Shown here: positions 1 through 9,689 of the stretch, in pieces
How the letters are laid out: each line of letters starts with the position of its first letter
Position numbering within the stretch: the first letter of the stretch is position 1
Assembly: GCA_026770705.1 (NCBI GenBank)
Contig: JANJGN010000016.1
Span: 88,040,001 to 88,104,000 of the forward strand
Direction of reading: 5' to 3'
Origin: Isurus oxyrinchus
Taxonomy: Eukaryota
DNA length: 64,000 bases
Translations under genes and position numbers: made by a program
Notes under the pieces: model-generated
Told to the model about the DNA's origin: nothing
The model's database searches: none
What the model saw: only the letters and a program-made list of their open reading frames with translations

Positions 1-575
1 GATAGAGAGAGGGATGGAGTCAGATAGAGAGAGGGATGGAGGTCTGAAACGCAGAGTGATGGAGGTCAGATGGAGCGAGGGATGCGTTCAGGTGGAGAGA
101 TGGCTGGAGGTCAGGTAGAGAGAGGGGTGGAGGTCAGAAGGGAGAGGGGTGGAGGACAGGTAGAGAGAGGGGTGGAGGTCAGAAGGGAGAGGGGTGGAGG
201 ACAGGTAGAGAGAGAGATGGAGGTCAGTTAGAGGGATGGCAGGAGTACAGATAGAGAGTAGGCTGGAGATCAGAAAGAGAGAAGAGTAGAGGTCAGATGG
301 AGAGAGGGATGGAGGTTGGAGAGAAAGACGGATGGAGGTTAGAGAGAAAGACGGATGGAGGTCAGACAGAGAGAGGAATGAAGATCAGATAGAGAGAGGG
401 ATGGAGGTCAGAACGAGAGACAAATGGAGCTCAGAGCGAGAGAGGGATGGAGGTTGGATAGAGAGTGGGATAGAGGTCAGATAACTACAGGAATGGAGGT
501 CAGAGAGAGAGAGATGGAGGTCAGATAGAGAGAGGGATGGAGAGCTGTTCAGGAGAGAGATGGAGCTCGGATACA
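1..575. repeat. Degenerate purine-rich tandem repeat (about 23-bp GAGAGAGGGATGGAGGTCAGATA-like unit)
   Basis: Recurrent gagagggatggaggtcaga motif; runs off the window start. Confidence 0.8.
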
Positions 576-591
576 CCAGGGGTGAAGCTCA

Positions 592-1197
592 GTGAGGTGT
601 GTATCTGAGAGGAAGGTCGGACACTCAGAGGGAGGGATGGAGATCAGGGAGGTGTGTATCTGAGAGGAAGTTCGGTCACTCAGGGAGAGGGATGGTGATC
701 AGGGAGGTGTGTATCTGAGAGGAAGTTCGGTCACTCAGGGAGAGGGATGGAGATCAGGGAGGTGTGTATCTGAGAGGAAGGTGGGACACTCAGAGGGAGG
801 GATGGTGATCAGGGAGGTGTGTATCTGAGAGGAAGGTGGGACACTCAGAAGGAGGGATGGAGATCAGGGAGATGCGTATTTGAGAGGAAGGTCGGACACT
901 CAGAGGGAGGGATGGAGATCAGGGAGGTGTGTATCTGAGAGGAAGTTCGGTCACTCAGGGAGAGGGATGGTGATCAGGGAGGTGTGTATCTGAGAGGAAG
1001 GTGGGACAATCAGAAGGAGGGATGGAGATCAGGGAGATGCGTATTTGAGAGGAAGGTCAGACACTCAGAGGGAGGGATGGAGATCAGGGAGTTGTGTATC
1101 TGAGAGGAAGGTCAGACACTCAGAGGGAGGGATGGAGATCAGGGAGATGTGTATCTGAGAGGAAGGTCGGACATTCAGAGGGAGGGATGGAGATCAG
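592..1197. repeat. 55-bp minisatellite, about 11 copies
   Basis: Unit GAGGGAGGGATGGAGATCAGGGAGGTGTGTATCTGAGAGGAAGGTCGGACACTCA; ATCTGAGAGG recurs at 603, 658, 713 and onward. Confidence 0.93.
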
Positions 1198-1339
1198 GTG
1201 GAACGAGGTTACTGTCCAGTCTCTCTACCTGTGCTGCAGTTTGGTGTAGACTAACCTGTTGCTCTGTGGATCCCGGTTAATGCAATCCCCTTGCTCCCTG
1301 CCTTTCCACCTCTCTCAATCCACACCACCACTTCTTCCC

Positions 1340-1520
1340 TGTAGGGAATGGGATTGAGCCAGTAACCCAGAGGGGATGTATTCAAATCCCAGGATGGGAA
1401 ATAGTGAAATGGAATTGGATAAATCTGATCATTTGTGTTCTGGCTGCAGAAATTGTCCATAAATCCTGCTGGATTGCTGTAAAACACAAGGGACTCAGTG
1501 AGGGAAGATGCCAGTCTCAC
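1340..1520 (+). mobile_element. Highly decayed tRNA-derived SINE, probably the same family as the head at 4600-4900
   Basis: ccagtaacccagagg...ttcaaatccca...gtaaaacac...gagggaaga parallels 4633-4820. Confidence 0.45.
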
Positions 1521-1790
1521 CCTGTCACTCTCTACCCTGTCAATCACTTTAAGAATTTTATATATTTCAATGGGATCACCTCTCATTCTTCTAAACTCCA
1601 GGGAATAATGTCCCAGTCTACTCAATCTCTCCTCATCGGACAATCCCCTCATCCCAGGAATCACTCTGGGGAATCTCTGCTGCACTCCTTCCAAGGCTGG
1701 TATATCCTTCCTTAGGTAAGGAGACAGAATCTGTACACAGTAATCCAGGTGTGGTCTCACCAAGGTCCGATAGAATTATAGTAAGACTTC
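1520..1790 (-). mobile_element. CR1-type LINE ORF2 C-terminal fragment
   Basis: Translation RPHLDYCVQ.LSPYLRKDI.ALEGVQ.RF.R.IPGMRGLS.EERLSRLG..SLEFRRMRGD is the typical CR1 post-RT region. Confidence 0.9.
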
Positions 1791-1819
1791 TTCACTCTGA
1801 CAGGTACAGGAGCTGACAC

Positions 1820-2255
1820 AGAGTCTCTCTCTCTCACACTAACCCATCCCTCTCCCTCTCACTCTCTCTATCTCTCTCTCTCTTTCAATCTCTGTCGCTC
1901 TCTCCATCTCCCTCCCTATCACTCACACTAACTCATTCATCTCATCCCTCTCTCTCACTCTCTCTCTCACTCTCTCTCTCTCTCTCAATCTCTGTCGCTC
2001 TCTCCATCTCCCTCCCTCTCACTCACACTAACCCATCCCTCTCTCCCGCTCTCTCGCTCTCTCTATCTCACTCTCTCTCTCTCTCTCTCTCTCAAACTCC
2101 CTATGTCGCTCTCCCTCTATATCTAACTCTCCATCTCACCCTCTCTCTCTATCTCTCTGCCTCTCTCTCCATCTCCCTGTCTCTCTCTCACTCTCTCTCT
2201 CTCTCTCCCCCTCTCTCTCTCTCACTCTCTCTCAATCTCTATCCTGCCTTGTCCC
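1820..2255. repeat. (CT)n-rich low-complexity tract
   Basis: Pyrimidine dinucleotide runs with short internal duplications. Confidence 0.9.
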
Positions 2256-2889
2256 TCTGTAGATGTTCTCTGGGTGTGAGTGTTTAATATAAGGGGGTGT
2301 TTGTCAGTATATTTTCGATGCTCTATGGTTTCTGAGCATGGTGGGAGGGGATCAGGGCTCTGTTCTTTGACGTGACGCAGTGATATCTGTCCCAGTCTCT
2401 CAGACTGTGATGCTGTTGTTTTCTGTGACTGACGCTATGATATTGATTGTAATCTCACTCAGTGTGACACGAGGTTACATGTCTTGATCAGTGGTGAGGG
2501 AGGAGCAGACTGAACAAGGAGCTGCAATCATCAGTCACTGCCGAAATCCTTCACACAGCCCGCACACTCCGCAAACTTCTTCACTAAATATTCTTTCAGC
2601 TCCTTAATGAGAGGCCTGGAGCTGAAAAGGGAAAAAGAGAAAGATATCTTTTCGAGAGGCTCATGGACACAATGTACACTGTACATTACCCACTAATGAC
2701 ACTCTGTCTACATTTAACTCATTGTTTAAGCTCCAGCCCACCTCCTGTTCCCATCCATATGTTTCAGTCAAGGAGCCTGATAAGCCTATAGCACAGGAGG
2801 AGGACATTCAGCCCCTTGTGTCTGTGCTAGCTGTGCACTCAGATCATTCAGAACTAACCTCTCAGTTTAGTGTCTGTAATGGGGAAGTG

Positions 2890-3930
2890 ACTGGAACCTG
2901 TTATTAGAGACAGAATGAGTGATAAATATGAACTGATCAGAGAGAGTCAGCATGGATTTAAAAAGGATCAGACATCTTTAACTAACCTGGTTACATTTTT
3001 GAAGTGGTCACTACGATGGTAGATTAGAGAGAATCTATGGATTGTTATTGATATGGATTTCCAGGAGACATTAGGGAAGATTCCCCATGAGAGACTGAAT
3101 AATAATAGAAGCAGATGGAATTTGAGGAAAACTGTTGCCATGGATGAGGAACTGGTTAGGAGGCAGGAGACAGAGAGTAGGGATAATGTGTATGTGCTCC
3201 AATGAGCAAGATGTGAATAGTGATGTCCCCAGGGATCTGTGCTGGAGCCTCAGCTTTTCACAATATTTATCAATGATGTGGATGAAGAAATAGAGAGCCA
3301 TATATCCAAGATTGCTGCCGACACTAAGTTAGGCGGCTTGGAGGAGGTTACAGAGATGGGGAGTGTCGAGGACTGAGAGGGATTTGAGAACAAGGATGAG
3401 AATTTTAAAATCGAGACATTGCTGGGCTGGGAGGTCAGTGAGCACAGGGGGTGATGGGTGAACGGGACTTGGTGTGAGTTCAGATCCGGGCAGCAGAGTT
3501 TGGGATGAGCTCATGTTTACGGAGTGTGGAAGGTGTGACTCCGGCCAGGGCAGCATTGGAATCGTCACGTTTCAGGGAACAAAGACATGGAGGAGATTCT
3601 CAGCAGCAGATGGTCTGAGGCAGGCCGGACTCGGGCGATGTTACCGAGGTGGAAATAGGCTCTCTTAGTGATGGAGCGGATGATGTGGTCAGAAGCTCAT
3701 CTCAGGGTCAAACTGGACACCATGGCTGTGAACTGTGTGGTTCAGTGTCAGACAGACCCAGGGAGAGGGATGGAATCGGTGATGAGGGAACAGAGTTTGT
3801 GATGGGGACTGAAGACAATGGCAGATGGAGCTCAACGTGGGGAGTGTGAAATCATCCACTTTGGACCGAAGAAAGATGGATCAGAGTAATTTGTAAATGG
3901 TGAGATGCTGGCAGCTGTGGAGGAGCAGAA
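2890..3930 (+). mobile_element. Decayed CR1 reverse-transcriptase fragment, interrupted at ~3340-3820 by an antisense L2-like fragment
   Basis: cagcatggattt...actaacctg...tttgaagtggtcact, gtcccccaggga-like and tttgctgacgacactaag-like RT motifs; CR1 resumes at tggcagatggag (~3820). The insert translates on the minus strand as DFKILILVLKSL...PHLCNLLQ. Confidence 0.7.
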
Positions 3931-4200
3931 AGATGAGGCCAAGGTTGTGAAGAGTCTGGTTCAGCAGCAGACAGTGCTCAGGGAGAGGGATGGAGTTTGT
4001 ATCGGGAGCTGAAGACGATGGCTTTGATCTTCCCAATGTGTTTCCCAGTGAGCCTGCCTCCTCAGTCCTGACTGCTCTTAGCTGCTGTGCTTTTCACTGA
4101 TCGGACAGTTATTATTACAGATTCAGACCACAGCAGAAACCCCCAGTGTAAAAAATAACTGCAAAGATTGTCCGATCGCAAGACTGAAACGTAACCAAGA

Positions 4201-4232
4201 GAGGAAGTGAAAGAAGGAGCTCAGAGCAGCTG
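4201..4232 (+). promoter_or_regulatory. Candidate upstream B-cell element: Ets-IRF composite (GAGGAAGTGAAA) plus E-box CAGCTG
   Basis: GAGGAAGTGAAA at 4201-4212 is identical to the promoter copy at 7730-7741; CAGCTG at 4227-4232; lies in apparently non-repetitive sequence. Confidence 0.4.
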
Positions 4233-4284
4233 GATGTTTGTTACTGACACGGGAGAAAACTGTGAACCGTGTCCACTACCTAGA

Positions 4285-4415
4285 TCTTACAGCACAGAAG
4301 GAGGCCATTCAGCCCATCCTGCCTGTGAGTTATCCAGTGAGTCCCACTCCCCCTCTCTGTCCCCATAACCCAGCAAATCTTTCCTTTTCAGGTAGATCTC
4401 CAATTCCCTCTTGTA
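4285..4415 (-). mobile_element. CR1-type LINE 3' tail fragment
   Basis: acagcacagaaggaggccattcagcccatc is the reverse complement of the typical CR1 3' terminal motif; a shorter similar piece lies at ~2788-2830. Confidence 0.6.
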
Positions 4416-4599
4416 GACCTGGGTCCACAGCTCAAGACTGTCTCGAACCTGGGCTCGAAATTGGCATCTCATTCATTCATTGGAAGACAAAATGCCCGGA
4501 GTGGGAAATGGAGCTCAGAACTCCAAACATTCCCTCTCCCCTCCTGAGGGACACTTCATGCTGGGATACATTTCGATGGAATCCGGGAGCACAACATGG

Positions 4600-5445
4600 G
4601 GGAGGCTGTGGGGTAGCGGCAATGTTACTGGACCAGTAATCCAGAGGCCCAGGGTAACGCTCTGGGGTCACACTTTCAAATCCCACCCTGGCAGCTGGTG
4701 GAATTTAAATTCAATTAATAAATCCAGAATTAAAAGTTAGTCTCAGTCACGGTGACCATGAAACCATTGTCGATTGATGTAAAAACCCATCTGGTTCACT
4801 CATGTCCTTTAGGGAAGGAAATCTGCTGTCCTTACCTGGTCTGGCCTACATGTGACTCTAGACCCACAGCAATGTGGTTGACTCTTCACTGCCTCTGAAA
4901 TGTCCTCCCATTTGTACCAAACCGCTATGAGGTCTAAAAGGAATGAAAGCAGACGGACCACCCACCATTGATCTAGACACTGGAAACGACAACAGCAAAC
5001 TCAGCCCTGTCCACCCTGCAAAGTCCTCCTGACTGACATCTAGGGACTAGTGCCAAAATTGGGAGAGCTGTCTCACAGACTAGTCAAGCAACAGCCTGAC
5101 AGAGTCATCCTCACGGAATCATACCTTACAGATAATGTCCCGGACACCACCATCACCATCCCACCAGCAGGACAGGCCCAGCACAGGTGGTGACACAGTG
5201 GTATACAGTCAGGAGGGAGTTGCCCTGGGAGTTATCAACATCAACACCCAACCCCATGAAGTCACATGGCATCAGGTCAAACATGGGCAAGGAAACCTCC
5301 TGCTGATTACCACGTACTGCCCTCCCTCAGCTGGTGAAGCAGTGCCCCTCCATGTTGAACATCACTTGGAGGGAGGACTGAGAGTGGCAAAGGCACAGAA
5401 TGTACTCAGTGTGGAGGACTTCAACGTGCATCACTAAGAGCTGCT
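4600..5445 (+). mobile_element. tRNA-like SINE head/body (4600-4900) running directly into a LINE APE-endonuclease coding relic (5030-5445)
   Basis: A/B-box-like head (gtggggtagcgg...ttcaaatccc); downstream translation GLVPKLGELSHRLVKQQPD.VILTESYL...QDRP..GG.TVVYS...TTY.PPS...DFNVHH contains APE motifs. Confidence 0.8.
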
Positions 5446-5529
5446 CAGTGTGTTGAAGCCTCGACCTGATAGCAGGATATTTGACTGCAGGAGCCATCAC
5501 CACTGAGCATAATTCTCTCATCGACAACG

Positions 5530-6160
5530 TGAATTTTTATAGTGCCTTAACATAAAAAACATCCCAAGGGGTTTCAGAGAGCTGCAGTAAGAGGAACGGG
5601 GGAGGGGATGATGGGACTTTAGGAAGAGGGATCGAAGTCTTAGGTGAAAGGATGGAGTTTGATGGAGGAGAGAGAAGCCTGGAGAGGGGGAGGGATTAAG
5701 GCAGGAATTCAGGGAGCTGGGCCTAGGCGTCTGAAGGCTCTGCTGTCAATGTTGGGATGAATGAAGCAGCGATGGGCAGGAGAGCAGAGTCAGAAGGTGG
5801 AAGGGTGAGGGAGGGAATGTGAGTCTGCAGCAGAACACAGAGGTAGGGAGGAGCGAGGCCATGGAGTGCATTGGAGGGCAGTGAGGTCAGGGGTTACAGG
5901 TCAGTGAGGTCAGGGATAATGTAGGAACAACACTTCATGTGGCACAGGGTATGGAATGCTGCATTTCGGACAGTTGGGATTTATGGAGCGTGGATGAAGG
6001 AAGCCGGGAGAGGACATCGGAATAATGGAGTCAGGAGGCGAGACAAACAGGGATAAGGGTTTCTGTGGTCAAGGGGCTGATGTAGTGCAGAGACGGACAA
6101 TGTTGTGGAGATGGAAATGAGAGGCTTACGGGATGGAGAGATGTGGAGTTTGAAGCTCAG
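5530..6160 (-). mobile_element. Decayed L2-like LINE 3' portion
   Basis: ttttatagtgccttaacataaaaaacatcccaagg is the reverse complement of an L2-type 3' end (similar tail at the SINE ending ~10037). Confidence 0.45.
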
Positions 6161-6176
6161 AAACTGGAGGCCCAAT

Positions 6177-6400
6177 GGGAAGGAGGCCCATGTTTACTGG
6201 TCCCTATTGGAGGGTCCAGTGGGAATCAGGCCCATGTTTACTGGTCCCTATTGGAGGCTCCAGTGGGAAGGAGGCCCATGTTTACTGGTCTCTATTGGAG
6301 GGTCCAGTGGGAAGGAGGCCCATGTTTACTGGTCTCTATTGGAGGGTCCAGTGGGAAGGAGGCCCATGTTTACTGGTCTCTATTGGAGGGTCCAGTGGGA
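6177..6400. repeat. 44-bp minisatellite, 5 copies
   Basis: GGGAAGGAGGCCCATGTTTACTGGTCTCTATTGGAGGGTCCAGT starting at 6177, 6221, 6265, 6309, 6353. Confidence 0.95.
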
Positions 6401-6469
6401 CATGGACACCATGGTTGATGTGTGGGACAGTTCCTTGTTGTCAATGTGTGATTGTCCACCTTTGAGTAA

Positions 6470-7445
6470 GTCACAAGCAAGGTGGATAAAGGGGAAACTG
6501 TAGATGTGGTGTACACAGAATTTTTAAATGCATTTGATAAGGTGACACATCAAACATTGCTGCATAAGATGAGAGCTCATGGGCCAGGATTTTGCTCTCG
6601 TCGGGTGAACTCGGTGGGGGTGAGAGTGGGCGTTCAGGAAGCCGACCACTGCCTGTGATTGGAGCCTGAGCGGGATTTCACACTGGCGAGCCAATTAAAG
6701 CCCTCCCAGCGTGAACCACGTGCTACAGCGCTCAGCGCTGCCTGTGTCGGGAGGAGGGAGGGAGGGGGGTAAGCGGAGAGCTTTGTGCATGAGTGCGAGT
6801 GTGCACAGGAAAAGCTCCCTGAGGCACGGAGCGGCCTGTAAGGTAGCTCAATGTGTCGATCTCATCAAGATGGGTAGGAATGTAATTTGTTAAGAGGAGG
6901 TAGGGAGTCTGCAAAGGGATATGGACAGGTTAAGTGAGAGGACAACAATTTGTCAGATGGAGCGTAATGTGTGAAAATGTGAACTTGGCAGGAAGAATAC
7001 AAAAGCAGGATATTATTTAAATGGAGAGAGATCCTGCAGAACTCTGCGATCCAGAGGGATCTGGGTGTCCTGGTGCATGAATCACAAAAAGTTGGTTTGC
7101 AGATGCAGCAAGTGATTCGGAAGGCACATGGAATGTTGGAGTTTGTTGCAAGGGGAATGGAATATAAACATAAGGAAGTTTTACTGCAGCTGTACAGGGA
7201 CGTTGGTGAGACCACATCTGGAGCAGTGTGTACAGTTTTGGTCTCCTTATTTGAAAAAGGATATAATTGCGTTCGAAGCAGTTGAGAGAAGGTTCATTCG
7301 GCTCACTCCTGGGATGAGGGGTTTATTTCATGAAGGAACGTTGGACAGGTTGGGACTCCAGTCAGTGCAATGGAGAAGAATGAGAGGGGATCTTATTAAA
7401 ACATATAAAATCCTGAAGGGATATGATAGATTGGATTCCAGGAGG
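6470..7445 (+). mobile_element. CR1 ORF2 fragments with a GC-rich insertion at ~6580-6840 (possible Harbinger-type non-autonomous element)
   Basis: VDKG..VDVVY..F..AFDKV.H at ~6480-6550; QRDLGVLVHESQKV..Q.QQVIRKA.GML and RPHLE.CVQFWSPYLKKDI at 7050-7430. The insert begins gggccaggatttt, like gggcccagatttt at 54477. Confidence 0.8.
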
Positions 7446-7479
7446 TTGACCCCACTTCTTACGCGAGAGAAAAATGAGT

Positions 7480-7725
7480 AGGTGGAGGGACAAAGAAAGA
7501 GAGACAGAAAGTTAGGGAGAAAGAGAGACAAAGAGTGAGAGGGAGAGAGAGGGAAAGGAAGAGAAGGGGAGGGAGAGAGAGAGCAAACAAGGAGAGTGAG
7601 ACAAAAAGAACAAGACAAGGAGACAGGCAGAACGAGAGGGAGAGAGAGACAGGGAGTGACGGACAGAGAGAGGGAGAGAGAGACAGAGAGTGATGGACAG
7701 ATACTGAGAGAGGGAGGGAGAGAGT
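7480..7725. repeat. (GA)n-rich tract immediately upstream of the Ig promoter
   Basis: Purine dinucleotide low complexity. Confidence 0.85.
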
Positions 7726-7729
7726 TGAA

Positions 7730-7826
7730 GAGGAAGTGAAAGGTGCTGACGTGGTTCTCTCTGGGTGATACCATTTACATACTGAGGAACAGCCAGTGAG
7801 ACTCTGACAGGCTGCAGCTGTATAAA
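7730..7826 (+). promoter_or_regulatory. IgL V promoter: EICE 7730-7741, TGACGTGG 7747-7754, variant octamer ATTTACAT 7773-7780, E-box 7815-7820, TATAAA 7821-7826
   Basis: Motifs read directly; the octamer-TATA-ATG order and spacing (TATA 66 nt before ATG 7887) match Ig light-chain promoters. Confidence 0.8.
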
Positions 7827-7886
7827 GCTGAGCCCAGTGAAGGGAGAGTTTATCAGTGACCAGGCACAGGGACAGGAGCAGACACC

Positions 7887-7935
7887 ATGATTTCAGCCAT
7901 CCAGCTGATCTGGCCTCTGGCATTCTGCATCGCAG
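7887..7935 (+). CDS. IGKV: Ig kappa-type light chain leader exon (MISAIQLIWPLAFCIA-G)
   Basis: Kozak-like CACCATG, hydrophobic signal peptide, phase-1 donor CAG|GTACA at 7936; intron 7936-8121. Confidence 0.95.
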
Positions 7936-8121
7936 GTACAAATCTCTCTCCTTCCACCGTGAATATTTTCCTGCTCTCTATTTCCAGCCAATTCGACTGA
8001 CTTGTGATTGAAGGGAAAATGCTGAAAGCAGAGGAACGGTCACTGTCTCTAACAATATCTCATTTTACAGGCTCTTTGTGTGACAGTTCTTACTTCACAC
8101 TGTTTCTCTATTACCCCTCAG

Positions 8122-8416
8122 GTATCAGTGGGGAAATCACCATGAAACAGCCTCCCCTGGTGTCAGTGAGCCTGGGCCAGACCGCCACCATCACCTGTAC
8201 GGCCAGTCAGTCTGTTAGCAGCTATGTGAGTTGGTACCAGCAGCGAGAAGGACAGAAACCGACTCTCCTGATCTATAGGGCAACAAACCGATTCACAGGA
8301 ACATCCGAGCGATTCACCGGCAGTGGATCTGGCACTCAATTCACCCTGACAATCAGCAATGTACAGAATGAGGATGTCGCTGATTATTACTGTCAGCAAG
8401 ATTACAGCTCCCCCTA
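8122..8416 (+). CDS. IGKV: Ig kappa-type V exon, germline unrearranged, open frame: (G)[97 protein letters not shown]
   Basis: Acceptor ttacccctcag at 8121; conserved Cys, WYQQ, LLIY, GSGSG, DYYC; followed by a 12-RSS as in kappa loci. Confidence 0.97.
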
Positions 8417-8444
8417 CACAGTGATACAGAGCCTGACAAAAACC
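8417..8444 (+). other. V recombination signal sequence, 12-bp spacer
   Basis: CACAGTG (8417-8423) ATACAGAGCCTG ACAAAAACC (8436-8444): perfect heptamer and nonamer. Confidence 0.99.
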
Positions 8445-8460
8445 TCAATACACACAGCAC

Positions 8461-8571
8461 CATCTCCTGTACTGACACATCCCACAGTTATATAGAATAT
8501 ATAATAATGGACACACTGTCCCACCTCCTGTACTGACACATCCCACAGTTATATAGAATATATAATAATGG
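8461..8571. repeat. Tandem duplication, period ~61 bp, in the V-J spacer
   Basis: ctcctgtactgacacatcccacagttatatagaatatataataatgg occurs twice. Confidence 0.9.
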
Positions 8572-8694
8572 TCACTTTACCTCTTACCTTACATGTCCAC
8601 ATATGAAGAGCGGCTGAAAGATTTATCATATAAAATTGGGATTCTCAATTCTCCCAACAAAAAAAAGGCATTGAGAGGAAGAGAGAGGGAAAGA

Positions 8695-8967
8695 GAGAGT
8701 GTTAAAGGTGAGTGTGAGTGAGAGACAGAGAGAGGGTGAGAGTGAGTTAAAGGTGAGTGTGAGTGAGAGACAGAGAGAGGGTGAGAGTGAGTGAAAGGTG
8801 AGTGTGAGTGAGAGACAGAGAGAGGGTGAGAGTGAGTTAAAGGTGAGTGTGAGTGAGAGACAGAGGGTGAGAGTGAGTTAAAGGTGAGTGTGAGTGAGAG
8901 ACAGAGAGAGGGTGAGAGTGAGTTAAAGGTGAGTGTGAGTGAGAGACAGAGAGAGGGTGAGAGTGAC
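8695..8967. repeat. 45-bp minisatellite, about 6 copies, in the V-J spacer
   Basis: GAGTGAGTTAAAGGTGAGTGTGAGTGAGAGACAGAGAGAGGGTGA unit; ends ~20 bp before the J nonamer. Confidence 0.92.
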
Positions 8968-8987
8968 TGAATGAAGCAGAGAGCTGA

Positions 8988-9026
8988 GGTTTTTGTACAG
9001 CCCCTGCACTGGAATCTCTCAGTGTG
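8988..9026 (-). other. J recombination signal sequence, 23-bp spacer
   Basis: GGTTTTTGT (8988-8996), 23 nt (8997-9019), CAGTGTG (9020-9026; one mismatch to CACTGTG, coding-proximal GTG intact). Confidence 0.97.
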
Positions 9027-9061
9027 GGTTACGTTCGGTAAAGGAACCAAACTCAGACTGA
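9027..9061 (+). CDS. IGKJ: Ig light chain J segment (VTFGKGTKLRL-S)
   Basis: FGxG motif; phase-1 donor A|GTAAGT at 9062. Confidence 0.97.
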
Positions 9062-9689
9062 GTAAGTAAACCCCAATCCTCTCTTATTAACCCTTTCAAT
9101 ACTAAAACTTTCTCAAACACTAATGCTGAATAGTTGAAGGTGTTAGTGAGGAGCTGCAGTGAATGAAATGGTTCAGTGAACAACACTGTGTATAACAGGG
9201 TGCCCAACTGTATTTCTTTCATTACATTCCCCCCTTTAAGCAGCAAGATAGAAATAACCAACTTTTACCCACCGTCTAGAGGAGATCTGGACGTTTGCAG
9301 ACTGTGCTGACATTGCTGCACCATGGACTGAAATCACTCACTAGACTCCTGTCAGTCTCAGTGTGACAGACACGGGCAGAGTTTGATATGAGCTCCGGCT
9401 CCCTCTCACAGTCTCTGATATAACTGATCACAGCACCAGCACAGTGAGACACCGAGGTCCCACCTCCCCCAGCTTGAACTCTGCTCTCTCCACTCTCTGG
9501 TTATCTCTTGGCAAATTTCTGATGACAAACAGGTAGAGCAGGGCCCACAATCCAGTGGCTTCAGTGTTCCAGGGTTTCGGGGAGACTCTCCGTTTCCCCC
9601 GAATGTTTAAATGTCACCCTCTAGACTCCAGACCTCCTGGAATCTGCTCTCCATCTCTCTCCTGAAGACACTGTCTCTGACTGGGGAAC

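Noticed and set aside
8004-8495. 163-aa ORF taken as a single-exon gene
   Set aside because: It starts in the leader intron at a non-ATG codon and reads through the RSS; the true coding part is 8122-8416.
7887-9061. Germline-joined VJ, or a lambda/sigma isotype call
   Set aside because: V and J are separate with intact 12 and 23 RSS in kappa configuration, and the C sequence is kappa-type.
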